Positions 36,430 to 45,932 of a stretch of 64,000 bases of DNA are shown here, piece by piece. The stretch's first letter is position 1, and each line of letters starts with the position of its first letter. The position numbers and the translations under genes are program-made. The stretch comes from an uncultured delta proteobacterium (GTDB lineage Bacteria; Desulfobacterota; Syntrophorhabdia; Syntrophorhabdales; WCHB1-27), in NCBI GenBank assembly GCA_963825005.1, contig CAWGRP010000029.1, positions 192,245 through 256,244 on the forward strand, read 5' to 3'. The notes beneath the pieces are model-generated. The model did no database searches. It had not been told where the DNA came from and saw only the letters and a program-made list of their open reading frames with translations.

Positions 36430-37764
36430 CTATTTCTTTGCGTGTTGTAGCCGTAACAATCCAAATAACACCCTGTCTATTTCATCGATCAGGTTCTTAA
36501 ACGATCCTCCGTAGCTCTTCGAGGTTGAGAAAAGCTCTTCCCTGATTTTTGTAACTTCCCGGTCGTCGCACCTCTCGTACGTTATATGTCCGTTCTGCAT
36601 CGCAAGCCTCTCCATGAAGAGAAGCCGCTTCGCATCATCGACAAAAGGCACGAGCAGAGCCTGTATGGTATCGATTCCCTTTCTAAGCTCACCTGGAAAA
36701 GCAGCATCGTCTGCGGAAGAAGGGAGAGTGAGCTTTAGTATCCCGGCTATCTCTTTCACCATTGTGTAGAGGGTGCAGTATTCAAGACCCCTGACTCCTC
36801 TGCGCCATTGAAGGAGCATGCGGTTCCTCCAGAACCAGAGGAAATTCCTGATCCCGAATGAGATCAACTCCTGGACCTTCGCTTCAAGTCCGGAGGCGAT
36901 GCGTACGATTACATCATCGGAATTACCGGACGTTTTCCCTTCAATGCTCGTGTGCGCATATTGCGCCGCTTTCTCTTCCGCGAGATGCTGCCACAGGTTT
37001 TTGAGGACGACCGACCCGTTGTGATCATCGGGCGTATCAAAATGCACAAGAGAAAGGATGACCCTGCCCTTTCCTGACATGCCCTCCACTACCGCTGGTT
37101 CGTTGCGCAATCGAGCGGGGTCAAGGTTGATCGCATAGGCTTTTTCAAGTTCGGACCATCCTTCGTTTGCCCTCGTATCTCCGACATTGAGATCCGAGCT
37201 GAAGGAGTCGTCCATCGCCTCTGCGTACGTCGCAAGGACCTTGACGGTATCCGACGTCACCACAAACTGCGAAGGCCACCATACCTGAAAAATATCCGAT
37301 GGAGCGCGGCCCGGACCGGACTCCCCGCTATCAACCAGGCCTGTCCAGATCGGGTGTGCTTTCAGATTGAAACGTATCCTTCCGCTCAAGCTCGGGACAC
37401 GCTCTTTCGTCGGCTTCCTGCGAACGTTCAGCAGTCCCATCCCGTCCATGGTTGCGAGACCGGCGCCTCCGCAGAAACCAAGGTAACTGCCTCCTTCCCG
37501 CACAAACTGCTCTATTGCCGAGACGCCGTCTTTGCCGAGCGATTTGAGCTTGTTTGATGCCCATCCTCCCGGCACAAAAAGCATTGCATACTCTTTCAGC
37601 TTCCCCTTCCTCACATCCTCACAACCGATGAGATCAAAGGAAAGTCCGTTTGCCAGAAAAGCCTTATAGGACATCAATCCCCAGAGAAAAGATTCGTCCC
37701 ATAAGAAGGCGACCTTGCTTGAAACTCGGCTACCGCGATTATCGGGATTTGAATTTATTTTCAT
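36430..37764 (-). CDS. BPL_N / class-I glutamine-amidotransferase-like domain protein with helical C-terminal region (444 aa)
   Basis: The N-domain AMLFVPGGWASNKLKSLGKDGVSAIEQFVREGGSYLGFCGGAGLA matches the BPL_N/GATase1-like fold pattern. I did not recognise the C-terminal 200 aa. The start overlaps the cbiGH 3' end by 26 nt. Confidence 0.55.
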   Translation of the reverse strand: MKINSNPDNRGSRVSSKVAFLWDESFLWGLMSYKAFLANGLSFDLIGCEDVRKGKLKEYAMLFVPGGWASNKLKSLGKDGVSAIEQFVREGGSYLGFCGGAGLATMDGMGLLNVRRKPTKERVPSLSGRIRFNLKAHPIWTGLVDSGESGPGRAPSDIFQVWWPSQFVVTSDTVKVLATYAEAMDDSFSSDLNVGDTRANEGWSELEKAYAINLDPARLRNEPAVVEGMSGKGRVILSLVHFDTPDDHNGSVVLKNLWQHLAEEKAAQYAHTSIEGKTSGNSDDVIVRIASGLEAKVQELISFGIRNFLWFWRNRMLLQWRRGVRGLEYCTLYTMVKEIAGILKLTLPSSADDAAFPGELRKGIDTIQALLVPFVDDAKRLLFMERLAMQNGHITYERCDDREVTKIREELFSTSKSYGGSFKNLIDEIDRVLFGLLRLQHAKK

Positions 37765-39544
37765 ATCCTCTCGGCGTGATCATCCTGCCGTCCCAGATAA
37801 AGGTGGCCGAATTGCCTATTATCACCGTTGTCTTCATGTCGATATCGTAGTCCAGCATATGTGCGAGATCGGTAACGACGATTCTCTCATCTTCTCTCAT
37901 CGCTCCTTTGACAATGCCGACCGGCGTGGCTGACGAGCGGTGCTTCAGAATGATCTCTCGTACCTTACTGATGTGGCCTGCCCTGCCCTTGCTTTTGGGA
38001 TTGTAAAGTATGATGACGAAATCGGCCATGGCAGCAGACTCTATCCGTTTCTCTATGAGCCTCCAGGGAGTGAGCCTGTCGGATAAGCTTATGGCGGCGA
38101 AGTCATGCATCAGGGGTGCGCCGAGCCTTGCAGCGCATGCATTCAGTGCGGAAATGCCCGGTACCACTTCAACGGGCGGCGACGGCACCCGGCTATTCCG
38201 CTCTTTCAGAAGTTCGAAAACGAGGCCTGCCATCGCGTAAATTCCTGGATCGCCGCCGCTTATCACTGAAACGGTTTTACCGCCGAGCGCCAGATCAATC
38301 GCTTTTCTGCACCTGTCTATTTCCCGGGTCATCCCGGTCTTGAAAACTTCCTTATTCGTGATCATCTCACGGATAAGCTCGATGTACGTGTCGTAACCGA
38401 CAATGACATCCGATTCCCTGATCGCTTTCTGCGCATGAGGCGTGATATGTTCGGCGCCTCCCGGTCCGGTGCCGACGATGTAGATTTTACCTGTTGATCC
38501 GGATGTCCCCTTCTTCGTTCCTCCCTTCGCGGACGCCCCATTTATTTCCGCAGCTGCAACGGTGACATTCCCTATCTTCTGTTTTGGGATAACGAGCGTT
38601 TTTGCTCCTGCTCCGAGTCGGGCGGCGGGTTCAGCTACGGCCTTCGCGCCTGTGGCGCGCAAAGCAGCCTTCGAAGTCGATACGCCCGCTACGCTGTTCA
38701 ATTCATCGGGACAGAAAGAGAGAATCTCGAATGCATTTTTCTTGCAGAACAGCTTTATCCCGGGCTCATCCGCTTTCCTGTCTAGCGTCGCTATCGCACG
38801 GATGGAAGAGAAGGAAAGGTTGTGCTCGTCAAACGTTTTCTTCACTGCGTTCTCTATCTCTTCTGCGGAGGTCCCGCTGTTGCAACCGATCCCGACCACG
38901 ATATTCCTTGGTCTCAGATAAAGAGCGCCACGGCTATTGAGTGACCTCTTATTGGTGATGAGGAGGTCAGCAGATGCCGGATCCGTTGTTTTCTTGAACT
39001 CAGATGGCAGAGAAAGAGTTACGTCCGCATAGACGTTCAATCTTCCTTTATTTATGAGACGCGTCGCGATGTGAGGCAGGAGCTTCCAGTCATCGATCGC
39101 GAGATCGTTATCCCGCGCGAAAAGGTCGATGGAAGGAAGCCCGCTCACGTCAGATGCGGTGGTGATGACAGCTTCGCCTTCGAGAAAATGGGCGATCTCC
39201 CGTGCCTTCTCGTTTGCGCCTCCGAGATGTCCGCTCAAAAGGCTGATCGCGAATGTTCCTTTTTCGTCAAGCACGATGACCGCAGGGTCTGACTTCTTAT
39301 CTTTGACCAGCGGCGATATGGCCCTGACCACGATACCTGCAGCCATGACAAAAATAAGGACTTTCTGCCCGTTCCAGGCAGCCTTCACCGCTTGTTCGGT
39401 AAACTTTCTTATGACGGCGTCAGGATAAAGACCTTTGATCCTGCGAGCGAGCTGGTGTCCCTTGTCGGTTACGTAAAAGAGAGCCGTGCTACTCGCGGTA
39501 TCCATGCGGGAAGTCCTTATCGTAGAGTCTTGATTTCTTTCCAA
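37739..39544 (-). CDS. cbiGH: CbiG-CbiH fusion (cobalt-precorrin-5A hydrolase / cobalt-precorrin-3 C17-methyltransferase)
   Basis: The N-terminal half is CbiG-like (…VGIGCNSGTSAEEIE…). The C-terminal half is a tetrapyrrole methylase (KIYIVGTGPGGAEHITPHAQKAIRESDVIVGY...VISGGDPGIYAMA). The true start may be MDTASS at 39505. Confidence 0.85.
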   Translation of the reverse strand: MERNQDSTIRTSRMDTASSTALFYVTDKGHQLARRIKGLYPDAVIRKFTEQAVKAAWNGQKVLIFVMAAGIVVRAISPLVKDKKSDPAVIVLDEKGTFAISLLSGHLGGANEKAREIAHFLEGEAVITTASDVSGLPSIDLFARDNDLAIDDWKLLPHIATRLINKGRLNVYADVTLSLPSEFKKTTDPASADLLITNKRSLNSRGALYLRPRNIVVGIGCNSGTSAEEIENAVKKTFDEHNLSFSSIRAIATLDRKADEPGIKLFCKKNAFEILSFCPDELNSVAGVSTSKAALRATGAKAVAEPAARLGAGAKTLVIPKQKIGNVTVAAAEINGASAKGGTKKGTSGSTGKIYIVGTGPGGAEHITPHAQKAIRESDVIVGYDTYIELIREMITNKEVFKTGMTREIDRCRKAIDLALGGKTVSVISGGDPGIYAMAGLVFELLKERNSRVPSPPVEVVPGISALNACAARLGAPLMHDFAAISLSDRLTPWRLIEKRIESAAMADFVIILYNPKSKGRAGHISKVREIILKHRSSATPVGIVKGAMREDERIVVTDLAHMLDYDIDMKTTVIIGNSATFIWDGRMITPRGYENKFKSR

Positions 39545-40254
39545 CAGGATGCTCGGAAGCTTTCAAAGATTCCCCTACGTAGATCAGAGCCGTCTTCTTG
39601 ATGCCGGCTTTTGTTACGATCTCAACGAGATCTTCGAGTCTTCCCCTCACCATTTTCTGTTCCGGCCATGAGGCCTTCTCGATAACGACGAAGGGGGTAT
39701 CTTTGTCGTATCCCTTCAGGAGCTCGTCTCTCACCTTCTCGATCATCCCTGCGCTCAAGAAAATGACCATGGTCGATCTATGCCTGGCAAGCTCGTCTAG
39801 ACGCTCGGAATCGGGTACCGGCGTTCTTCCTTCGAGCCGGGTAAATATAACGGTCTGGCTTATCTCGGGGATTGTGAGTTCCTGTCCCAGCACTGCGGCG
39901 CCGGCCATGGCCGAAGAGACGCCCGGGACCACTTCATAGGCTATGTCCAGCTCTTTAAGTCTTTCGATCTGTTCCGATATGGCGCTGTAGAAGGATGGAT
40001 CGCCCGTATGGAGTCTCACAACCATTTTCCCTTTTGTTATTGCGCTCTCGATAACCGAGATTATTTCTTCAAGCGTCATCCCGGATGAATCGAAAACTTG
40101 CGCCTTTAACCCTTTGAGCAACGCGCGGATTCACGAGACTTCCGGCGTAGATGATTGTGTCGGCGCTGGCGAGAAGCTTACTACCCTTGACCGTGATCAG
40201 TTCGGGGTCTCCGGGGCCTGCACCCACAAAGTAGACGATCGCCTTTCTCTTCAT
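39489..40254 (-). pseudogene. cbiF: cobalt-precorrin-4 C11-methyltransferase CbiF, frame-disrupted
   Basis: The N-terminal piece [24 protein letters not shown]...[10 protein letters not shown] (ORF 40069..40350, ATGA overlap with cbiL) continues in the +1 frame as [20 protein letters not shown]...VRLHTGDPSFY (ORF 39489..40121). The shift is confined to about 40108-40122 by a stop in the second frame. Confidence 0.85.
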
Positions 40255-40970
40255 TTCCTTACGATCACCATGGAGAAGTAATTCAAATCCTTCTCTTTGA
40301 CCATTGTGATGTCCCTTGTAATCTTCTCGTCTTCCATCCCTGCCCGACAAATGTAGACAGCGTTTCCTGTGAGGTGCAATTCGTCAAGCACTCCAAGGAC
40401 CTTGTCAAATACCTTGTGAACCTTCATAAGCACGACCGTATCGAATGTCTCGAGTATCTTTCTGAGCTCTCCCGGATAATTTGCCGGAAGCAGCGCGATT
40501 TTCTCATCCGCAAGACCGAGCGAGATCCCTGCACGCGCTGCCGACGCGGTGATCGACGATACACCGGGGACAATCTCGACGCGCAAACCCGGGTTTGTTT
40601 CGAGCAGCTTTTCGTGGAGATAAAAAAAGGTGCTGTAAATGGACGGGTCTCCAATTGTAATGAAGGCCATGTCAGTGCCCCGGTTTAACCTGGCGGAGAC
40701 GTTTCTCACCGTTTCATCCCACCTGGGGTCGAGTTCGTCCTGGTGATCGGCCTTTCTCGTTTTCCTCATCGGGAAATATGCTTCGACAATCTCTTTATTT
40801 TCGACGTTGACGATTCGCTTCACGATCGCCAGAGCAAGACTGCTTCCCTCCTCACGTCCCTTCGGCACGCAGATGCAGGAGATCTCGTTGAGAATCCGCA
40901 TCCCTTTTATGGTCAGCAACTCAGGGTCTCCGGGTCCGACCCCTATCACGTAGAGCACCCCTGGTCTCAC
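40251..40970 (-). CDS. cbiL: cobalt-precorrin-2 C20-methyltransferase CbiL
   Basis: [19 protein letters not shown]...[12 protein letters not shown]...VPGVSS. Confidence 0.85.
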   Translation of the reverse strand: MRPGVLYVIGVGPGDPELLTIKGMRILNEISCICVPKGREEGSSLALAIVKRIVNVENKEIVEAYFPMRKTRKADHQDELDPRWDETVRNVSARLNRGTDMAFITIGDPSIYSTFFYLHEKLLETNPGLRVEIVPGVSSITASAARAGISLGLADEKIALLPANYPGELRKILETFDTVVLMKVHKVFDKVLGVLDELHLTGNAVYICRAGMEDEKITRDITMVKEKDLNYFSMVIVRK

Positions 40971-42157
40971 GTTCGCGTCCCCCTGATGACAGCGATAGTA
41001 TTCAGGGCCGCCCTGTGCGTCCGACCGTCCACGCTTTTCGATCGTGAAACGGCGACCTCGGAAATATCCACGGCGAAACCGTTCTTTCCAAGAAGCTGGA
41101 TGGCTTCTTCCAGTGTTTCCTTCTTTACCGCGTTGATGACAATGATTCCCTTCGGCATCCTCTCGTTGGCCACGTCAATTATTGCTGAGAGCTGTCCGCT
41201 GCTTCCGCCAACAAAGACCCTGTCCGGAGAAGGCAGGTTCTTCAATACGTCCGGCGCCTCTCCGAGCGTGATCGTCACATTGGCGCAGCCGAATCGACTT
41301 TTATTCTCCTCGATGTTTACTATCTGCTCCTTCTCTTTTTCTATTGCAAAAATTGCCAGGCCGGGACAGATTCGCGCGGCCTCGATCGATACCGAACCTG
41401 AGCCTGCCCCAATATCCCAGAGTATGCCTTCCCGGGGAAGTCTCAACGTATGAATCGCGATTGCCCTTATTTCGTCCTTGGTGATGAGGCCTCTCGAATG
41501 TTTTATTTCGCTTTCGGCGAGCCCGAATAGCGGACGCTCGTTCAGAAGGCCGGCATCCCGTGCTTTGTGCGATTCGTCCGTATACTGGAGAATCACGACA
41601 TTCGTACCGGAGAATGTCAGTCCCGCAATCTGCTCCGGCGTACCGGAAGTGATCCTTTCCTCATCAGGATAGCCGAGCTTCTCGCAGACAAATATCTTCG
41701 CACCCGAGAGGTACGGAACGTTCACGAGCTTCTTGGCGATCTCGACAGGATTATTCATGCTGTCCGTGAGGATCGCAAGTTTCTTGTACTTGAAAAGAAG
41801 CGAAGGGACCTCGTCAATTTCGTGAGCGAGCTTTCGTCTTCTCTCCGGATCAATCCCGCCGTGAAGGCTCATCAGGAACGCATCATCCCAGGTCTCCTTG
41901 ATCTTAGAGAAGGCCACCTGGATGCTTGAAAGATCGGGTATGATCTCGACGTGGTCCGGTCCGAACTCGGCCAGTACCTGTCTGCCGATGCCGTGGAACA
42001 TCGGGTCTCCGGAGCCTAAAAGCACGATGGTTTGCATCTGGGGATGAGAGCGGAGGAACTCCATGGTCTCACGAACCTTGTTTATCACACGGACTTTCTC
42101 TTTCACAGCCGGATACGTCTCGTATGTCTTGAAGACCTCGAAGAGTCGTTCCGACAC
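40967..42157 (-). CDS. cbiET: CbiE-CbiT fusion (cobalt-precorrin-6B/7 C5,C15-methyltransferase, decarboxylating)
   Basis: An N-terminal tetrapyrrole-methylase half (IVLLGSGDPMFHGIG) and a C-terminal class-I SAM methyltransferase half (ILWDIGAGSGSVSIEAA). Confidence 0.85.
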   Translation of the reverse strand: MSERLFEVFKTYETYPAVKEKVRVINKVRETMEFLRSHPQMQTIVLLGSGDPMFHGIGRQVLAEFGPDHVEIIPDLSSIQVAFSKIKETWDDAFLMSLHGGIDPERRRKLAHEIDEVPSLLFKYKKLAILTDSMNNPVEIAKKLVNVPYLSGAKIFVCEKLGYPDEERITSGTPEQIAGLTFSGTNVVILQYTDESHKARDAGLLNERPLFGLAESEIKHSRGLITKDEIRAIAIHTLRLPREGILWDIGAGSGSVSIEAARICPGLAIFAIEKEKEQIVNIEENKSRFGCANVTITLGEAPDVLKNLPSPDRVFVGGSSGQLSAIIDVANERMPKGIIVINAVKKETLEEAIQLLGKNGFAVDISEVAVSRSKSVDGRTHRAALNTIAVIRGTRT

Positions 42158-42237
42158 GACAATCGCCCCCGCCTGCGTGAGGATATCCCGCGACCTCTTG
42201 TCCAGAGGTTTGTAGCCGATGCCATATGACGCAAATG

Positions 42238-43355
42238 TTACTCACTATCCACCAGTATAGCACCCTCGTACGTAACGAGGTGAGCAACCACCGGGATTCC
42301 GCCGGTTATGGATTCAGCGTAGTGTTTCGCTGCGATGCAGACCTTGCTGAATATCGCACGAGAAAGCCCGTGAGTTGCGACCAGATAGGTGTATATCTCA
42401 CGCGTCGTATTGAAGTCGCGCTCACTGGAGACGGCAGTCCCCAGCTCGTTCAGGTGCTCGACCGCTTTTCTTACGTCGATTGTTCCGTGACGGGCATGTG
42501 TCTGCGGCGTCGCCATCGAGATCTTGAGCATCTTTGCCCATTGCGCGCTGACATGGATTCTTGTGAAAGCGTGACGTCGCGCTTCCGTGAGAGAAAATTC
42601 CACGTAGTCTCCCATCATCACGTACGCTTCCTCTGCAAAGGCATATGTTTTCATGTGGGCCTTTTCTGAGACGCGGCCAACGGAAAGGACTACTTCCGTA
42701 ATTCCGAGCGCTGTTGCCACATCCATAGAAGCCTTGATGGTCGATGTCCATGCCTCGCTCGACAAAGGACGCACGATCCCTGTAGTGCCGAGTATGGATA
42801 TCCCGCCCAAAATACCGAGCCTCGCATTGAGCGTCTTCTTTGCCAGCTCCTCTCCTTCGGGGACCGAAATCGTGATTTCAACACGCAGGTCCGCAGCGCA
42901 GTCCGCCATTCCCCGGCGAGCGCTTCCTGTACTGCCTGCCTGATCATCTGCATCGGCACCGGGGTTATCGCGGGTTCGCCCGGGGCGACCGAAAGCCCCG
43001 GCTTCGTCACGCGTCCCACGCCCTGGCCGCCCTGTATCGCAATGGGGTCGCGAGCCGCCTCGCCTGCCCCCATGATTCTCGCGGATGCTACAATCTCAGC
43101 GCCGTTCGTCACGTCAGGATCGTCTCCACCATCCTTAACAACCGACGCCAGGGCTACAGGACCCGAAGTTTGCCGCGTGATTCCGCGAAGCTGAGCTGCA
43201 AATAGAACCCTGCTCCCATCCGGAAAGGGGATCTCCACCGTCGCGTTCCCGGCGCGATGCTCCTCAGGATGAAGCAGAAGCATTACCGCGGCCTTTGCAG
43301 CTGCTGCCGCACAAGCACCTGTCGTGTATCCGGATCTCAGTCTTCTACCACTCAA
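42238..43355 (-). pseudogene. cbiD: cobalt-precorrin-5B C1-methyltransferase CbiD, frame-disrupted
   Basis: The N-terminal half (ORF 42690..43355: LRSGYTTGACAAAAAKAA...VKDGGDDPDVTNG...) and the C-terminal half (ORF 42238..42909: ...LGILGGISILGTTGIVRP...) are in different frames. Junction near 42900 (…QEALAGE / MADCAADLRVEITI…). Confidence 0.85.
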
Positions 43356-43866
43356 TGCCCCGTCTCGCTCTTATCTTTTTATCCCAATAATGTTTGATCT
43401 CTTTCATTTCCGTCACGAGATCGGCCTTCTCAATGACCTGTTCCACCGCGCCTCTTCCCGTAATGACAAGCTCTATCTCACGCGGTTTTTTCTCCATGAT
43501 GTCGAGAAGGTCGGCCAGATCGATGAGATGATGCTGCACCGCCACGTTAATCTCGTCGAGAACTACGACGTCGTATTGGCCTGACCCTATGATCTCTTTC
43601 ACCTCGGTCAGGCCGCACTGTGCAGCCTTAACATCAGACTTTCTACTCTTCCGGCCCAGGATCAGACCTTCGCCAAACTGTTTCACGGTTATCAGGTCTT
43701 TGAGACGCTCATCGACTATGGCGTGTTCGCTGCATCTGGCTTTCTTTATAAACTGTGCGATGAAGACTCTGAGCCCGGCCCCTGCAGCACGTAATGCAAG
43801 CCCGAGGGCCGCAGTTGTCTTGCCTTTACCATCACCCGTATAGACCTGTATGTATCCTCTTTTCAT
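43345..43866 (-). CDS. cobO: cob(I)yrinic acid a,c-diamide adenosyltransferase (CobO/BtuR type)
   Basis: MKRGYIQVYTGDGKGKTTAALGLALRAAGAGLRVFIAQFIK ... VVLDEIN. Confidence 0.85.
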   Translation of the reverse strand: MKRGYIQVYTGDGKGKTTAALGLALRAAGAGLRVFIAQFIKKARCSEHAIVDERLKDLITVKQFGEGLILGRKSRKSDVKAAQCGLTEVKEIIGSGQYDVVVLDEINVAVQHHLIDLADLLDIMEKKPREIELVITGRGAVEQVIEKADLVTEMKEIKHYWDKKIRARRGIEW

Positions 43867-44744
43867 TGTTTGCTCTCTTTCCCGGACGAGCGTTTATTGT
43901 CCATAAGGCCCACCGTCCGCAAAATCTCCCTGCGCGCCTCGCCGATGGTGAGAGGAATTCTTGCAAACGGGATCTTGTCTTCGTGCTTCAACCTGTAGAT
44001 CAGCTCGGCTATCTGCGGCAAACGAAGCTTTACCTTCGACATCTCTTCAGGAGCAGTGAAAACCTCTTCCGGGGATCCGAATCTCACGATGCTGCCTTTG
44101 CTCAGGATGTAGAGTGTGTCGAGAAAGAGAGGCACAAGATCGACATTGTGAGTCGCCATGACGATTGTCACGCCTTTTTCACTGTTCAACTTCTGGAGAA
44201 GAAGCATCATCCTGTATTCGCCCATGGGGTCGAGTCCTGCGGTGGGCTCGTCAAGGAGGAGTATCTCGTGCCCCATGGCGAGCAGGCCCGCGATGCATAT
44301 CCTTTTCTTCTGGCCGAAACTCAGGTTATGGATCGACTTTCCCCCATACTCCTCCATCTCGACATCCTTGAGCGCACTCTTCACCCTTCTCGCGACCTCT
44401 TCGCCATCGAAGCCCATGTTGAGTGGGCCGAAGGAGACATCTTCAAATACGGTAGGAGCAAACAATTGCTCGTCCGGGTTCTGGAAGACCAGTCCGACTT
44501 TCCGGTAGATCTCTTTTGGTGAAAGCCTTCGTATCTCCGCACCGTCGAGATGAACGCTTCCCTTGAAATCCTTCATCAGCCCGTCCATGAGCTTGAGAAG
44601 CGTTGTCTTGCCTGAGCCGTTCGACCCCAATATCCCGGCAAACTCCTGTTTCCTGATGTCGAGGCTTATGCCGGAAACTGCCCTCGTGCCGTCCGGGTAT
44701 TGAAACGAATCTATTCTGACCGCCAACCTGATCAGAGCTTCCAT
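43863..44744 (-). CDS. cbiO: cobalt ECF transporter ATPase CbiO
   Basis: Walker A GSNGSGKTT, signature LSFGQKKR, Walker B ILLLDEPTAG. It lies in the cbiMNQO context. Confidence 0.85.
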   Translation of the reverse strand: MEALIRLAVRIDSFQYPDGTRAVSGISLDIRKQEFAGILGSNGSGKTTLLKLMDGLMKDFKGSVHLDGAEIRRLSPKEIYRKVGLVFQNPDEQLFAPTVFEDVSFGPLNMGFDGEEVARRVKSALKDVEMEEYGGKSIHNLSFGQKKRICIAGLLAMGHEILLLDEPTAGLDPMGEYRMMLLLQKLNSEKGVTIVMATHNVDLVPLFLDTLYILSKGSIVRFGSPEEVFTAPEEMSKVKLRLPQIAELIYRLKHEDKIPFARIPLTIGEARREILRTVGLMDNKRSSGKESKQ

Positions 44745-45505
44745 GCGAACCCCATGATTACAATCAGGAGAACCGAAACGATCACCTCGGAGAGCTTGAA
44801 AGGCCTGTGCTTCAGTATCGGCATGTTGCCGTCGTAGCCCCTCTGCGCCATAGCTGCTGCAGTACTCTGGCTATGTTCAAAGGCCTTGAGCGTCAGAGAA
44901 CCTGCAAGAGTGCTGAAGGAACTCAAGCCCCGCCTGACGTTCGAATAACCGAGCCTGTTCTTCTGGGCGTTATAGATGACCATGGCATCTTCGAAGAGCA
45001 TGAAAATATACCGGTAGGCGAACATCAATATCTCTATCAACCCTTTCGGTACCCTGAACCAGGAAAGAGCGGCAATCACTTCGGTGAAGGGCGTGGCAAA
45101 GCCGAGCACGGTGATCACAGATACTGCGCCGATTATCCTCGATGCGATCATGAGGCCGTCGATGAGGCCGTCTTTACAACCCGCTATTTTAACCCCGAAG
45201 AGAGAGATAGAAAAGAGTTCATCTCCTCCGGACAAAAAGAACTTTATGAGGATCAGAACGAAGGCGACAAGAGCCGGTTCAGTGAACCTGAGGAGGAAGA
45301 GCCTGACCGGCACTCTCATCCGGATGCATAGGAGCAGGCTTATCGCAGCAACGAAAAGCGGGAAGATGAATCCGTGGTTAGTGAGCACCATTACGAGTAT
45401 CCCGGTTGCAACGAGAAGCTTTAACCGTGCATCGGTTCCTGCAAGGATGTGATCTTTCGTGAATCCGTCAGAGAATAATTCCATCTTCATTCTCTGTTTG
45501 CACAT
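44732..45505 (-). CDS. cbiQ: cobalt ECF transporter T component CbiQ
   Basis: Polytopic protein. Identified by its position between cbiN and cbiO and by the family-like length. Confidence 0.8.
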   Translation of the reverse strand: MCKQRMKMELFSDGFTKDHILAGTDARLKLLVATGILVMVLTNHGFIFPLFVAAISLLLCIRMRVPVRLFLLRFTEPALVAFVLILIKFFLSGGDELFSISLFGVKIAGCKDGLIDGLMIASRIIGAVSVITVLGFATPFTEVIAALSWFRVPKGLIEILMFAYRYIFMLFEDAMVIYNAQKNRLGYSNVRRGLSSFSTLAGSLTLKAFEHSQSTAAAMAQRGYDGNMPILKHRPFKLSEVIVSVLLIVIMGFAWKL

Positions 45506-45801
45506 CTCCGTTCAATCAGAATTCTCCAGTAGTACCCTGCTGCAAACCCGCCCACCACGCCTGCGATGAGAAACAGAAAGAGGAGAAGGTCACCCTGGTC
45601 CGTATTGATCAGAGGCGCTCTCGCTTCCCGTCCGTGTTCTTTCGCCATTTTTTCTACCACTGCTTTATCTACCCCGGGCCACTTCTCCTCAGCGAAGAGC
45701 ACCGATGCCTGCATCATTAAACTGAAGCCAAGGACGATCAGGAAGATCACCACGAAGATAAGACATGGATGTCTCTTCAATTTGAATCCCCTTGGGCACA
45801 T
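45487..45801 (-). CDS. cbiN: CbiN-like small membrane component of the cobalt transporter
   Basis: Two TM segments flank a soluble loop (…EEKWPGVDKAVVEKMAKEH…GDLLLFLFLIAGVVGGFAAGYYW). It sits between cbiM and cbiQ. Start taken at MCPRGF; the longer ORF to 45936 reads through a repeat element. Confidence 0.6.
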   Translation of the reverse strand: MCPRGFKLKRHPCLIFVVIFLIVLGFSLMMQASVLFAEEKWPGVDKAVVEKMAKEHGREARAPLINTDQGDLLLFLFLIAGVVGGFAAGYYWRILIERRCANRE

Positions 45802-45825
45802 TCCCCGCGGCTTGTCGTGTACGCC

Positions 45826-45888
45826 GTCATTCCGGCGGACGCCGGAATCCAGAAAGCGGGCTGGATGCCGGATCAAGTCCGGCATGAC
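45826..45888. repeat. nested-hairpin intergenic repeat (REP-like), copy 1
   Basis: GTCATTCCGGCGGACGCCGGAATCCAGAAAGCGGGCTGGATGCCGGATCAAGTCCGGCATGAC contains three consecutive short hairpins bracketed by GTCAT...ATGAC. Its reverse complement aligns with 55362-55468. Confidence 0.7.
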
Positions 45889-45932
45889 GTACAATAGGCC
45901 GCTGCTCGCGGCGAGGTTGTTTACCGTCCTGT

